Both the position numbers and the translations under genes were made by a program. The notes below the pieces were generated by a model, which worked only from the letters and a program-made list of their open reading frames with translations, was not told the DNA's origin and did not search any database. Positions 36,190 through 47,809 of a stretch of 50,699 nt of DNA are shown here, in pieces. The first letter of the stretch is position 1; every line of letters starts with the position of its first letter. This DNA comes from Chiloscyllium plagiosum (lineage: Eukaryota): positions 33,102,973 to 33,153,671 of the forward strand of contig NC_057719.1 in the NCBI RefSeq assembly GCF_004010195.1. The letters run 5' to 3'.

Positions 36190-36992
36190 TGGGCTGAGAA
36201 GTGGCAGATGGAGTTTAATTCAGATAAATGTGAGGTGCTGTATTTTGGGAAAGCAAATCTTAGCAGGATGTATACACTTAATGGTAAGGTCCTAGAGAGT
36301 GTTGCTGAACAAAGAGACCTTGGAGTGCAGGTTCATAGCTCCTTGAAAGTGGAGTCACAGGTTGACAGGATAGTGAAGAAGGCGTTTGGTATGCTTTCTT
36401 TTGTTGGTCAGAGTATTGAGTACAGGAGTTGGGAGGTCATGTTGCGGCTCTAGAGGACATTGGTTAGGCTACAGTTGGAATAGTGCATGTAATTCTGGTC
36501 TCCTTCCTATCGGAAAGATGTTGTGAAACTTGAAAGGGTTCAGAAAAGATTTACAAGGATGTTGCCAGGGTTGGAGGATTTGAGATATAGGGAGAGGCTG
36601 AACAGTCTGGGGCTGTTTTCCCTTGAGCATTGGACCTTAAAGAGGTTTACAAAATTATGAGGAGCATGGATAGGGTAAATAGGCAAAGTCTTTTCCCTGG
36701 GTTTGGGGAGTCCTGAACTAGTGGCATAGATTTAGGGTGAGAGGGGAAAGATATAAAAGAGACCTAAGGGGCAACCTTTTCACACAGAGAGTGGTACGGG
36801 TATGGAATGTGCTGCCAGAGGAAGTGGTGGAGGCTGGTACAATTGCAACATTTAAGAGGCATTTGGATGGGTATATGAATAGGAAGAGTTTGGAGGATGC
36901 TGACAGGTGGGACTAGATTGGGTTGGGATATCTGGGCAGCATGGACGGGTTGGACCGAAGGGTCTGTTTCCATGCTGTACATGTCTATGACT
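36190..36992 (+). mobile_element. CR1/HER1-type LINE 3' end, same young family as 7483-8385
   Basis: ORF WAEKWQMEFNSDKCEVLYFG...QRDLGVQVHSSLKV. Tail ttggaccgaagggtctgtttccatgctgta..tctatgact. Confidence 0.95.
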
Positions 36993-37399
36993 CGATATAC
37001 ATTGACTGTTAACTGTTTCGAAGCTTGAACCTGTACCCCACTCACTCTTCTCTAACTTGGTTTTACCGAAAACTTTAAAAAGAAACATTTGGTATTCTCT
37101 GCATATTTACTGAACCATTAAAATCTCATTTGAATTACGACAAACACTCTTGTATTGCTGTACTGTATGACTGAACAATATTCTTGGATTTATTGGCCAT
37201 TCCAGAACAATATTTGATTTGCTTCATTAAGTATCCACTTGCATTAATGAAACTTTGCAATGTTTAATCTTATAATTACTGCCAAATAGAAAGTCATTGT
37301 ATGCATTTAAACAACAAGTTATCATTATCCTCAGGATATCCTCATTATGTTTTTGAGTCATCGAATTGTTTTGAAGAACATCAAAACAAGTTAAGATAT

Positions 37400-37670
37400 G
37401 ACCTTCCACACACACCACCAACTTCAAGTTCCTCTTCAAGGCCACTCGTCATCCTGACTTGGAAATATATCATCGTTCCTTCACTGTCACTGGGTCAAAT
37501 TCTGGAATTCCCTCCTTAATGGCATTGTGGGCCAACCCAGGGCAGATAAACTTCAGCAGTTCAAGAAGGTAGCTCGCCATCACTTTCTCAAGGGCAACTA
37601 GGGACAGGCAATAAATGCTGGCCACCTAGCAAAGCCCCCATCCCACAAATGAACAAATAAAACAAAAACA
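37400..37670 (+). mobile_element. LINE 3' end, family of 12300-12590
   Basis: catcctgacttggaaatatatc..ttccttcactgtcactgggtcaaa..ctggaattccct and tail ggcaataaatgctggcc. Confidence 0.75.
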
Positions 37671-37689
37671 CTGCTCACACATCTCCAGT

Positions 37690-38740
37690 CAGAAAAACAT
37701 CCTTCTATTGTTATTCTCTGTTTTCTATGACCATGCCAGTTTTTTAAATCCATCTTATCAGCTCAATGTTACTTTACCTTCTGTATCAGCCTACCATGAG
37801 TGATCTTGTCAAAGGCCTTGTTAAGGTCCACACAGACAACATCTACCGCTCTGCCCTCAGCAATCATGTTTCTCACTTTCTCAAAAAACTCAATCAAGTT
37901 TCTGATTTATGACCTTTTACCCCACAAAGTCATATGGCCTATTACCAATAAGTCCATATATTTTTAAGTGTAAGTAAACCCTGTCCCTAAGAATCTTCTC
38001 CAGTAATTTTCCTGCCACTGTTATGAGGCCCACCAGCCTGTAATTTTCCAGATTATCGTTTCTTAAACAAAGGAACAATGTTGGCTATTCTCCAGTCCTC
38101 TGGGACCTCTCCTGTGACTAAAGAGGTACAAAGGCCCGGCAATTTCTTCTCTCACCTCCCTCAGTTTTCTGGGATGGATTCCATCAAATTCTGAGGATTT
38201 GTCTACTTTGAAGCTTTTTAAAACACGCAACACCTCCTGCTATTTATATCAACATGCTCTAAAATATCAACATTCCCCTCTCTCAACTCACCATCCACCA
38301 AGTCCTTTTCCTTGGTGAACATTGATGCAAAGTATTTATTAAGGACCTCACATACTTCCTTTGGCTCCACACGTAAATTTCCTCCCTTCTCCTTGAGTGG
38401 ATTTATCTTTTCCCAAGCTACCCCTTGCTCCTTATGTACATATAAAATGCCTTACGATTTTATGAGTTCCTTTTTGCCAATTACATTTCATGGCACTTTT
38501 AACCTTCCCAACTCCTTGTTTAAGTTTTTTCTGGCTTTCATTATACCTTTCAAGGGCTCTGACTTTTTTTTTGTTTTCCAAAACTTTATGCATGCCTCCT
38601 TTTTCTTTCTGATGATGCTCACAATTTCTTGTCATCCAAGGTTTCAGAATCTTGTCATCCTTATCCTTTATCTTCACATAAACATGCTGGTCCTGAATTC
38701 TAACCAACTAGTTTTTAAAATATTCCCACATGACAGATGT
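37690..38740 (-). mobile_element. CR1 ORF2 internal fragment (linker to RT), degenerate
   Basis: Revcomp coding for AVDVVCVDLNKAFDKI at about 37805-37850, and for KPWMTR in ORF 38432-38707. Confidence 0.75.
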
Positions 38741-38749
38741 GATTTGAAA

Positions 38750-40557
38750 ACTTACCTTGAGTGCTGGGAACCTCCATGTTTGTTTCAGCAGCAGGAAGAG
38801 CGGGAGTGTGGACTGGGGGCTGATGGGAAGGTGAATCACTGACTTAAAAACTTGCTGTGTGAATAGGCAGAGCGCAAGCTGGGCAGGAGTGGATATGGGA
38901 CTGCTGAGTAAATGAAGTAATATATTTAGGTAGTTGCATTATCCAAAACACTACTTAGTTAGTGTCTCCCACCCATCCTCCTCCTCTAACCAAAAAAAAG
39001 GTTCAGTGCACCAGACTGGTAAGGTAACTTTTTTTTATTCTTTATTTTTCTACTGTCTCTTTGGAAATTTAGAATAGTGGAAATGGAAGTTCGGGCAGTT
39101 TTATGTTCCTCTTGCAGAATTGGGAGGTAAGGGTCATCAGTAGTGTCCCCGCTGACTGCAGCTGTGGGAAGAGCACCCAACTCCAGCTCCTCGAAAACCA
39201 CACTAGGAACTGACACTGGAACTGATTGAACTTTGGATCATTCGGAAGGTGGAGAGGGTTATTGAGAGGAGATACAGGGAGGTAGTCAGGTGCGAGAAAG
39301 AGCTGAATGGGTTACTGCCAGGGGTAGAAAAGGATCCGGCAGACAGTGCAGTGATCCCCTGTGGTCGTTTCCCTCAATGTGTACCATTTTGGATTCTGTT
39401 GGGGGGGATGATCGACCAGGGTTAAGCAATGAGGTACAGGTCTCTGGCGCAGAGTCAGTCCCTGTTCCTCAGAAGGGAAGGGGGGGTGATGAGCAGATGA
39501 TTAGACATTGGGGATGCCATAACTAGGGGAACAGATAGGAGTTTCTGTGGGGATGAGAGAGACTTATGGTTGGTATGCTGCCTGCCAGGTGTGAGAGTTC
39601 GTGATGTTTTGGATCGTGTTTTTGCGATCCTTGACGGGGAGATGGAGTAGCTCCAAGTCATGGTCCACATAAGTACCAACAACATAGATAGGAAAAGGGA
39701 TGGCAATTTAAGGCAGAAATTCAAAGAGCTTGGGTGGAAGCTTAGTGCTGGAACAAACAGAATTGTTATCTCTGGGTTGTTGCCTGTGCCATGTGCTAAT
39801 AAGGAATAGGGAGAGAGAGGAGTTGAACACGTGGCTACAAGAATGGTGCAGGAGGGAGGGATTCAAATACCTGGATAATTGGGGCTCTTTCTGGGTGGGT
39901 GGGACCTCTACAAACAGGATACTCTTTACCTGAACCAGAAGGACACCAATATCCTGGGGGGAGTTGGGGGGAATTTATTATTGTTCTTTGGGAGGGTTTA
40001 AACTAATTCTGAAGGCAGCTGGGAACCTAATTTGTAGTTCCAGTCATGCAACAGCTGTACAAAACTCTGGTGCAGCCGCACTTGGAGTATTATGTACAGT
40101 TCTGGTTACCACATTACAGGAAGGATGTGGGAGTGTTGGAAAGGGTTCAGAGGAGACTTATCAGGATGTTGCCTTGTATGGAGGAAAGGTCTTATGAGGA
40201 AAGTCTGAGAGACTTGAGGCTGTTTTCATTAGAGAGAAGAAAGATGAGAGGTACAAGATAATCAGAGGATTAGATAGGCTGGACAGTGGGAGCCTTTTTC
40301 CTCAGATGGCTAGCATGAGGGTACATAGCTTTAAATTGAGGGGTGATAGAAAAAGGACAGATATCAGAGATAGTTTCTTTACTCAGAGAGTAGTTGGGGT
40401 GTGGAAAGCACTGCCTGCAACAATAGTACACTGGTATTTAATTGATCATTGGATAAATATGGATAAGAATAGAATAATGTAGGATAGATAGGCTCAGTGC
40501 GGTCGGTGCAACATCGAAGGCTGAATGGCCTATACTGCGCTGTAATGTTCTATGTTC
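38750..40557 (+). mobile_element. CR1 LINE with 5' region and ORF1 joined directly to the ORF2 C-terminus and 3' tail
   Basis: MEVRAVLCSSCR (ATG 39083), VCCLPGVRVRDV..VMVHISTNNIDR (esterase-like ORF1). From about 40043: MQQLYKTLVQPHLEYYVQFWLPHYRKDV. Tail ends in (atgttct)n. Confidence 0.85.
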
Positions 40558-41057
40558 TGTGTGGATTTACCCTCAAACAGCCACTCCCAATCTATTTTTC
40601 CCAGTTCCTGTATAATAGTGTGATAGTTAGCCTTCCTTCACTCATCTGCTTTACCAGCTGTCATATTCCTCACATTAAAACAAATACACTTCAGACTGCC
40701 AGTCCCTGTATTCAGTAACTACTCTCTGTTTGTTCTTCCTCTTAGCCTTACTGGCCTTAGTCCTGAACTCCTCTCTCGTCATTTCACTTGCTGACCTACT
40801 GCTTTGATTCCCACCTCCCTACCACATGAGCTAGAATAATACAGCGGCTTGTGCACAGAGGTAATGGGCCAGGTCTGTGAGGTGCTGTTGTAGGTAATAC
40901 AGTGCAACCTGCGTGATATGTCCTGCAGCTTCTATCAGCAGCAAGAACAAGTGAACTCCTTTGACCTTAACATTGTCAAACTTCTTGAGCGTTGTTGTTG
41001 TTGCAGATGAGGGGTGAATATTTCACTTCGCTTCTGATTTGAATCTCATAAATAGAT

Positions 41058-41458
41058 TCATAGAGTCGTAGAGATGTACAACACAGAAACAGGCCCTTCA
41101 GTACAACTCATCCATGCTGACTAGATATCCTAAATTAATTGATTATTTGGCCCATATCCCTCGAAACTTTTCCTATTCATATATCCATCCAAATGCCTTT
41201 TAAATGTTGCATTTGTACTAGCCTCCACCACTTCCACTGGCAGTTCATCCCATACACATACCATGCTCTGCATGAAAAGGTTGCCCCTTAGCTCCCTTCT
41301 AAATCTTTCACCACTCACCTTAAACCTATGTCTTCTAGTTTTGGACTCCCCACCACAGGGAAAAAACCTTGCCTATTTACCCTATCCATACCCCTTATAA
41401 ATCTCTGTAAGATCACCCCTCAGCCTGTGATACTCCAGGGAAAATAGCCCCAACCTAG
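41058..41458 (-). mobile_element. CR1/HER1-type LINE 3' end
   Basis: Minus ORF GERFRRELRGNLFMQSMVCVWDELPVEVVEA..TFKRHLDGYM. Confidence 0.9.
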
Positions 41459-43071
41459 AGAGATTGAGGGATTGTTCAGTCAGCACCTAACAATTCAATG
41501 CCCTCAACCAGGTCATTGAGGAGGAAAAGGGCAGGAGATGCATGTGAATACCACCCCTTGCAAGTCCCTCTCCATATCACACGCAACCTTGGCTTTTGTG
41601 CCCTTCTCCAGTGTCACTAGGTCAAATGCCAGAACTTGTCTCCCAACAGTAATGTGGGTGTCACCGCATAGCAAGAAAGCAGCTTATGATGACCTTCACT
41701 GGTTAATTAATGCTAACATTGCTATTCATGAATAAATAAAAGAAAAGAATCTCATTTTAGCCTGATGATAATACTTGTGGCCGCGACTCTGTTCCTTTCT
41801 AAAATTTCGAAATGCATGAGTTACATTTCAACAGTTGAGCCTCTCTCAGAAGAGTTTTCTGAAGGCAGTCCACTTTCTCTTTCACTTTCATCAAAATTCC
41901 CAGATGCTTCTATTCATTTTGAGGTACCTAATGTCTGCTGTCAAAGCATTAACCTTCTCAATAATGCTTCCACAAATGTCTGTCATATTTATGTGCTCCC
42001 TTGGTGGCCCAGCTGTCCAATTTGCAGGAGCAGTCATGATTCCATAATCTTCTCTTCTAACAGAAAATGAAAGAAAAAAGTCTCCTTCTCTGTGACTAAA
42101 TTAGCATATTTGACCATATACATCAACTGGTTATTTAATCGTAAGAACTCTGGAAACATAATTTTTTTAAAAAAATCACTTTGATCCTCGATAGAAATGT
42201 GGCATTTATATCTTAGCCTAAATTTAGGCTTTGTTTTTAAAAAGATATTTTCAATCCTCTATTTACCTCAAGTAAATCTGACTATCTTCCATTTATACTT
42301 CGATCCACCTATTCCCATCCTATGCTCCAAAATGTAAAACACATAATTAACTCTATGTAAATTCAAGTAAGTGGCCACATTTTAGAGCTTATAGTCAGTT
42401 ATGTTAGCAGTTAAGTCTTTGAAAAAAGCACAGTTGATTCCTGGAACCAATTAACAAGATGACATATTTAAAGAAAAATAATGAAAAGAATTAAGATTGC
42501 TTAAACACAAGAATATTTGAGAATCAAAACTTAAAAAGGCAGGACATGGTCAAGTATGCCTTTTATTTGCCTGCATTTTAAATGCAAAGATTTCTAATTT
42601 GATATCATGGGCTGCTAACTCAAAATTAATTTTCTTAATTAATGTATTAATAATTCCAGTTGATTATTGCCAAAGTAAGACCTCATTTATGGATGACATT
42701 ATTTGCCTTCTCTCAATATAATCTAAGTTTTAAATATACATCCATCTTAAAAGTGTTCAGAATCAATAGGCTTGAGCCTTTAAATTACAAGTACTTGCAT
42801 CTCCTGTCTGAATAAAAACAGCAGTAGCTACAGTTACTTGTATTTAAATCACATAAAGCAAGGTCTTAAAGGAAGGTCAGCAACTAAACATGGTATGTTT
42901 TACTGCCCAGTGGGAGATTTACCAGTATTTTCATTAAAGAGAACAAGAGAATTGCCATGGAATTGTCTTAAACAGATTAGTTTTCATGTTTAAAATAAAA
43001 ATATGAACAGAACAGCACACTACACGAGGCTAACATGATACTAGTTTGTCATTTGATAGTACATGAACATT

Positions 43072-44125
43072 GCTGAAAAGAGACACATTTTGTCAAAGTG
43101 TTTCATCTTGCAGTCATCAAGATGGTTTGAAAACGTTTCAATTAAGGGAAAATCCAAAATTTATACTGTCTGAGGTGACTGGCTGACAAGTCTGATTAGT
43201 AGAGGCATTGCCATGGCAAATGTATCAATTAATGTTGACTAAAAGTCAAAGTCAACTGCAATGTACTGTTTAAATTCTGATTGGCAAAGGCTTTGCCCTG
43301 AGAAATGAACCAGTGAATGGGTATTGCCTATTTTGTTAAGTTGAAACAGGTATGGTGCGAGTTCATGGTGTCTGCAAAGAACAGAGCCCTAAGTTTTAAT
43401 ATATGCAACTTATAATACATGGAGAAAGTGAGGTCTGCAGATGCTGGAGATCAAAGTTGAAACTTTATTGCTGGAACAAAACAGGTATGGTGCGAGTTCA
43501 TGGTGTCTGCAAAGAACAGAGCCCTAAGTTTTAATATATGCAACTTATAATACATGCAACAGCATGACACTGTGAACCCAACTGACAATCCTAAATCCCT
43601 TCACACGCTTGGGATTATCCAGCAAATATTGTTCAATTGCGGAATCACATTTAATGTTGGATGTTTTGTAAGTCTGGGTTGGTTGGGTGTAGTCAGTACC
43701 CTGCTTGTTGCAAACAGCCAAATGGATATTTGTTTGATACATCATCCATGTTAGGATGTACGGTTTTCATGACACGATATCAACACCAAAGCAATATGTG
43801 CAAAATCCTCTTTATTACGGACAGAAAAACATATACATATATTGTATCTGCTTCAACTACACAAAATTTGGTGATAGCTATTTGTTGGCTCATTTTTCAG
43901 GGCATTGCCTTGACCAGAGTCAACTTGCCTGTTTTAAATTTTAATAGAAGCCTGATAATTAACAGTTAGTCATCATTACGTGATGAGTTTATGTGGCATT
44001 AAATAAATCACTATCCAATTACCAACTAATCAATTATCTTCTCTCATACAGTATAAATATTGGTTTTCCCTTAAATTGGTATTCTTGTGAATTGTCCTAA
44101 TGTGTACAAAAGGATGAACTTGAAT
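43072..44125 (-). mobile_element. Old PLE (fourth family): GIY-YIG C-terminal remnant between inverted terminal repeats
   Basis: Minus ORF 43545-43745 (CDSAIEQYLLDNP...FRIVS..HSVMLLHVL). 43130-43350 is inverted relative to about 43845-44110. Decayed core ttgatga-ctgcaagat-gaaac on the minus strand at about 43100-43130. Confidence 0.65.
43422..43478 (-). mobile_element. 57-bp PLE extreme 3' terminus flanked by an exact 78-bp duplication
   Basis: Insert matches the revcomp of 10675-10731. Identical repeats at 43344-43421 and 43479-43556. Confidence 0.9.
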
Positions 44126-44128
44126 AAA

Positions 44129-44442
44129 GGGTGGCACAGTGGCTTAGTGGTTAGCACTGCTGCCTCACAGCAATAGGGTCCCAAGTTCGATTCCAGCCTT
44201 GGGCGACTATCTGTGTGGAGTTTGCACGTTTTCTCTGTGTCTACATGGGTTTCCTCCAGGTGCTCTGGTTTCCTCCCACAGTCCAAAGATGTGCAGGTTA
44301 GGTGAACTGGCCATGCTAAATTGCCCATAGTGATAGGTGTATTAGTCAGAGGGAAATGGGTCTGGGTGGGTTCCTCTTCGGAGGGTCGGTGTGGATTGGT
44401 TGGACCAAAGGGCTTGTTTCCACACTGTAGGGAATTTAATCT
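44129..44442 (+). mobile_element. HE1-type V-SINE, full length
   Basis: A-box tggcttagtgg, B-box agttcgattcc, V-domain and CR1-like tail. Confidence 0.92.
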
Positions 44443-44614
44443 CTAAAATTTGTCATTTTTTCAACAATACCAGTTTGTATGCAAAGAGTGCCATGAGAAG
44501 GTGTTGACTTCTATAAAAATATATTGTACGAAAACTTCCTCACCACAGATAGTGGGGGAAATGAAACTCAGCAAAAAATGAGCTCATTGTGCTCTTTAGC
44601 ACTTCCTTCCAGTT

Positions 44615-45150
44615 GCAGCCCTCATCTTAACTGGTTGCACTCTTATTGCAAGGTCAGAAGATCATCGGTTCAATTCACACTCTCAAGGCTTGAACCATTG
44701 ATGTTAACGTTCCATTGGAAAGGCTGTGAGCTTTTTAAGTAGAGATTGGGAGATTGAGAGGTGACCATGTAAAAGTTTATAAAATCATGAGGGGGCATAG
44801 AGAAGGTAAATAGCAGATGTCTTTTCCCTAGGGTTGGGGATTTCAAGACAAAGGGTGCATATTTAAAGTGAGAAGAGAAAAATAAAAAAAAACATGAGGG
44901 GCAACGTTTTTACAGAGTGGTTTTTGTGTAGAATGAACTGCCAGAAGAACTGGTGGATGCAGCTACAGCTACATATGAAACTAACTGAAGAAGAAATAGT
45001 GATTTTCTGTTTGATGACATAGCAAATATATATTCTTCAACCAATATAACAAAGCAGATGTGTCTGATCATTGTCACATGACTCGGAGTTTCTTGTGTCC
45101 AGTTTGACTGACATATTCCCAACCTGAAAACAGATACTGCCATTCAAAAG
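44615..45150 (+). mobile_element. Degenerate Deu-domain SINE split by a CR1 3' fragment (about 44745-44975)
   Basis: Head gcactctt..gtcagaagat..ggttcaatt. CR1 piece aaagtttataaaatcatgaggggg..aatgaactgccaga. Deu-like cttcaaccaatataac..cagatgtgtctgatcattgtcacat. Confidence 0.5.
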
Positions 45151-45535
45151 GCTGGAAGTTGTCAATGACACTGTTTAAAAGCAGGGTATCATTCCATTCA
45201 CAGAACTGTATGCAAGCAGCATTAGAGACCCAAGGTATTATCTAATAGAACTGGAAGACTCAGATAGATACTCTAAAAACCTAATTTTATATTTACTTTT
45301 TTAACAATACTGTTTGAACAATTATTTGGGTACTCTAAAGATGACAGTAACAATGTGTCACAGTAAAAAAGTTGATAAAATAACTAAAAATAATAATCAT
45401 AATTTTACCCACTATTCAGAATCTTCCTTTGCTGCCCTGCTAAAGGGATGACATCAATACACTTCACTTTTAAAAACAAAATACATAAATGTTTAGAAAA
45501 TAGGAACAGGGTTAGGCCATCTGGTCCTTTGATTT

Positions 45536-45665
45536 TGGAGAAAGTGGGGACTGCAGATGCTGGATATCAGAGTCAAAAAGTGTGGTGCTGGAAAAGCACA
45601 GCCGGTCAGGCAGTATCCAAAGAGCAGGAGAGTTGACGTTTCAAGCATAAGCCCTTCATCAGGAT
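45536..45665 (-). mobile_element. Solo PLE terminal-repeat insert inside a CR1 tail
   Basis: ggagaaagtggggactgcagatgctgga...gcccttcatcagg. Same family as 18351. Confidence 0.85.
45635..45662 (-). ncRNA. Hammerhead ribozyme core with weakened stem II
   Basis: Minus strand CTGATGA-a-gggc-ttat-gctt-GAAACGTC; stem II has two G-U pairs. Confidence 0.6.
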
Positions 45666-47283
45666 ATAATTTTGGCTGATCATCCAATTCTCTGTTCCTT
45701 CTTACCCCCATATCCTTTGATTACATTAGCCCTAAGAACAATATCTATCTCCTCCCTGAATAGTTGGAGGAAAGTTGTAACACAAGGTTAGCATGAAAAT
45801 TCTCGAGATCTGACTGTAACTTTTACAAGATTCCATTCTTGACATAAAGCTTTGTTTGGTGGGAATGTGGATTTGAGCAGGAGGCAGTATGCCCTGATGC
45901 TGGTAAATTAATTTGTTTGGGCGTAGTGACCCCTCCACTTAAGTTGTTAATTCACACTCCTGTCCCCTGAATCTTAGAAATTGTTTTTCACATTCACAAT
46001 AGCTGCAATCTTGAGATTACCCAACATCTTTTGTAGTCCTGGTCACCAAAAGTGCAACATTCTATGTATTTTTAAATCCAATGACTGAACAAAACTAGTG
46101 CAGCACATATCTTCAAAAATGAATGCTATTTTTCTCATGAAAAAATGAAAATAACATTTTAGTCGACAAAAATGGTGCCACTTTACTCTGAAAGCAATGG
46201 AAGTTTTAAGAAGATTATCAGTGATGAATATTTTACTTATCAATAAACTTTTAAATTATCAATGGCAAATGGGATTATGTAAGACTATAGATTAGTTATA
46301 ACCTCAACAATTTCTCAACATTGAAAACTTGCTTTTATGGTCATCATTTCTCTCACACTCCAGTAAATATACAACTGTAAACACATGTGAATTACAGCAT
46401 GATAAAGATTCTTCATCCAGTTTGACTGTTCTCCATGTCCATATGAAAGGAAAAAAAATAATGCTCTCTTTTCAAAACGAATTAATGAATTTTATAAGAT
46501 TACTAAAATTAACTTAAAAGAGTAATACTATGAAGTTTAATTTATATTGCTTGTAAAATATCATTCATACTTGTAACTCTGGCAATAAATGTCTGGGCAA
46601 AATACCATCTATTAGTTCACATTTAGTAAGTTGCAGGATAAATATTGGTCATAGAACTGACTGCAGCATAAGTAACTTGCAACATTCAGTGACAGTTCAT
46701 GATTTTACAAGAAATGCTCGCGATGCATAAGTAAGTGCACTCTGAGCTGTAGAGTTGATCCTCCAAAACCCAACATGCTCAGGGAGACAGCAGGCTGACT
46801 GAAAATATTTGCAGGGCTTGGAGGTGATTCATTTCAGTGGGGATTTTCATAACCTATCTCTCTTCATTTTAGTTCCTCTCACTCCTGTGACAGCTTTTTG
46901 GAATGGAAGATGATATATTCAATGTAGGTGTTAGAATTCAGTCTAATCATCTTCAAACTTTTTTATTCAATAAATAACTTTTACAAGCACAAGACTCAGC
47001 TTGAAATGAGATGTGACTTTACCCATCTGGCTCTGATACTGCATTCAGCCAATGGAAGGCAGTTGAGTGATTTCCTTTCATAAATACCATTGGCAAAAAA
47101 TGAGTCAGAGCAGCCAAACATGGACAATTTGAGACAGCAATGCCTTCAATTTCACTCCCCAGTGGGAACACTGATTCAAGACAATTCCTGGCTCCATTAA
47201 CTCAAGCTAGGGAGAAAATGCTCTAGTACTTTGTATTTCTGCTCTGGAGGTAAGGTTTTTTTTATGGGAAATCATAGCAGTGC

Positions 47284-47597
47284 GCGGCACGGTGGCACAG
47301 TGGTTAGCACTACTGCCTCACAGCGCCAGAGACTCGGGTTCACTTCCTGCCTCAGGCAACTGTCTGTGTGGAGTTTGCACGTTCTCCCAGCGTCTGCGTG
47401 GGTTTCCTCCGGGTGCTTTGGTTTCCTCCCACAATCCAAAAATGTGCAGGTTAGGTGAATTGGCCATGCTAAATTGCTCATAGTGTTAGGTTAAGGAGTA
47501 AATGTAGGGGAATGGGTGTGGGTGGGTTGCTCTTTGGAAGGTCGGTGTGGACTTGTTGGGCCGAAGGGCCTGTTTCCACACTGGAAGTAATCTAATC
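47284..47597 (+). mobile_element. HE1-type V-SINE, full length, CpGs retained (young)
   Basis: gcggcacggtggcacagtggttagcac, V-domain, tail gggccgaagggcctgtttccacactg..taatctaatc. Confidence 0.92.
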
Positions 47598-47809
47598 TTT
47601 CCAAAAGGATTTAACTTTTCACTTACTTGCTCTGATTAGTTACAAGCTGCATTGGTGTGACAGTATCATTAGAAGACTATGAGGAAGATCCAGATGGTGG
47701 GCTTTACACCTTTGAGATCCTAAGCTGTTCTCCCATCCAGTCAGTAGAACATCATCATAGTGAGTGGTGTTTAATGGACCCCTTAGTATTAACTCTTTCT
47801 TACTCTTTC

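Noticed and set aside
47040..47120. CCAAT, TATA-like (cataaata) and TGAGTCA motif cluster
   Set aside because: Short motifs are expected by chance in AT-rich DNA. No CpG island or linked gene.
3915..47597. tRNA-like A/B boxes
   Set aside because: They are SINE heads followed by V-domain and LINE tail, not tRNA genes.
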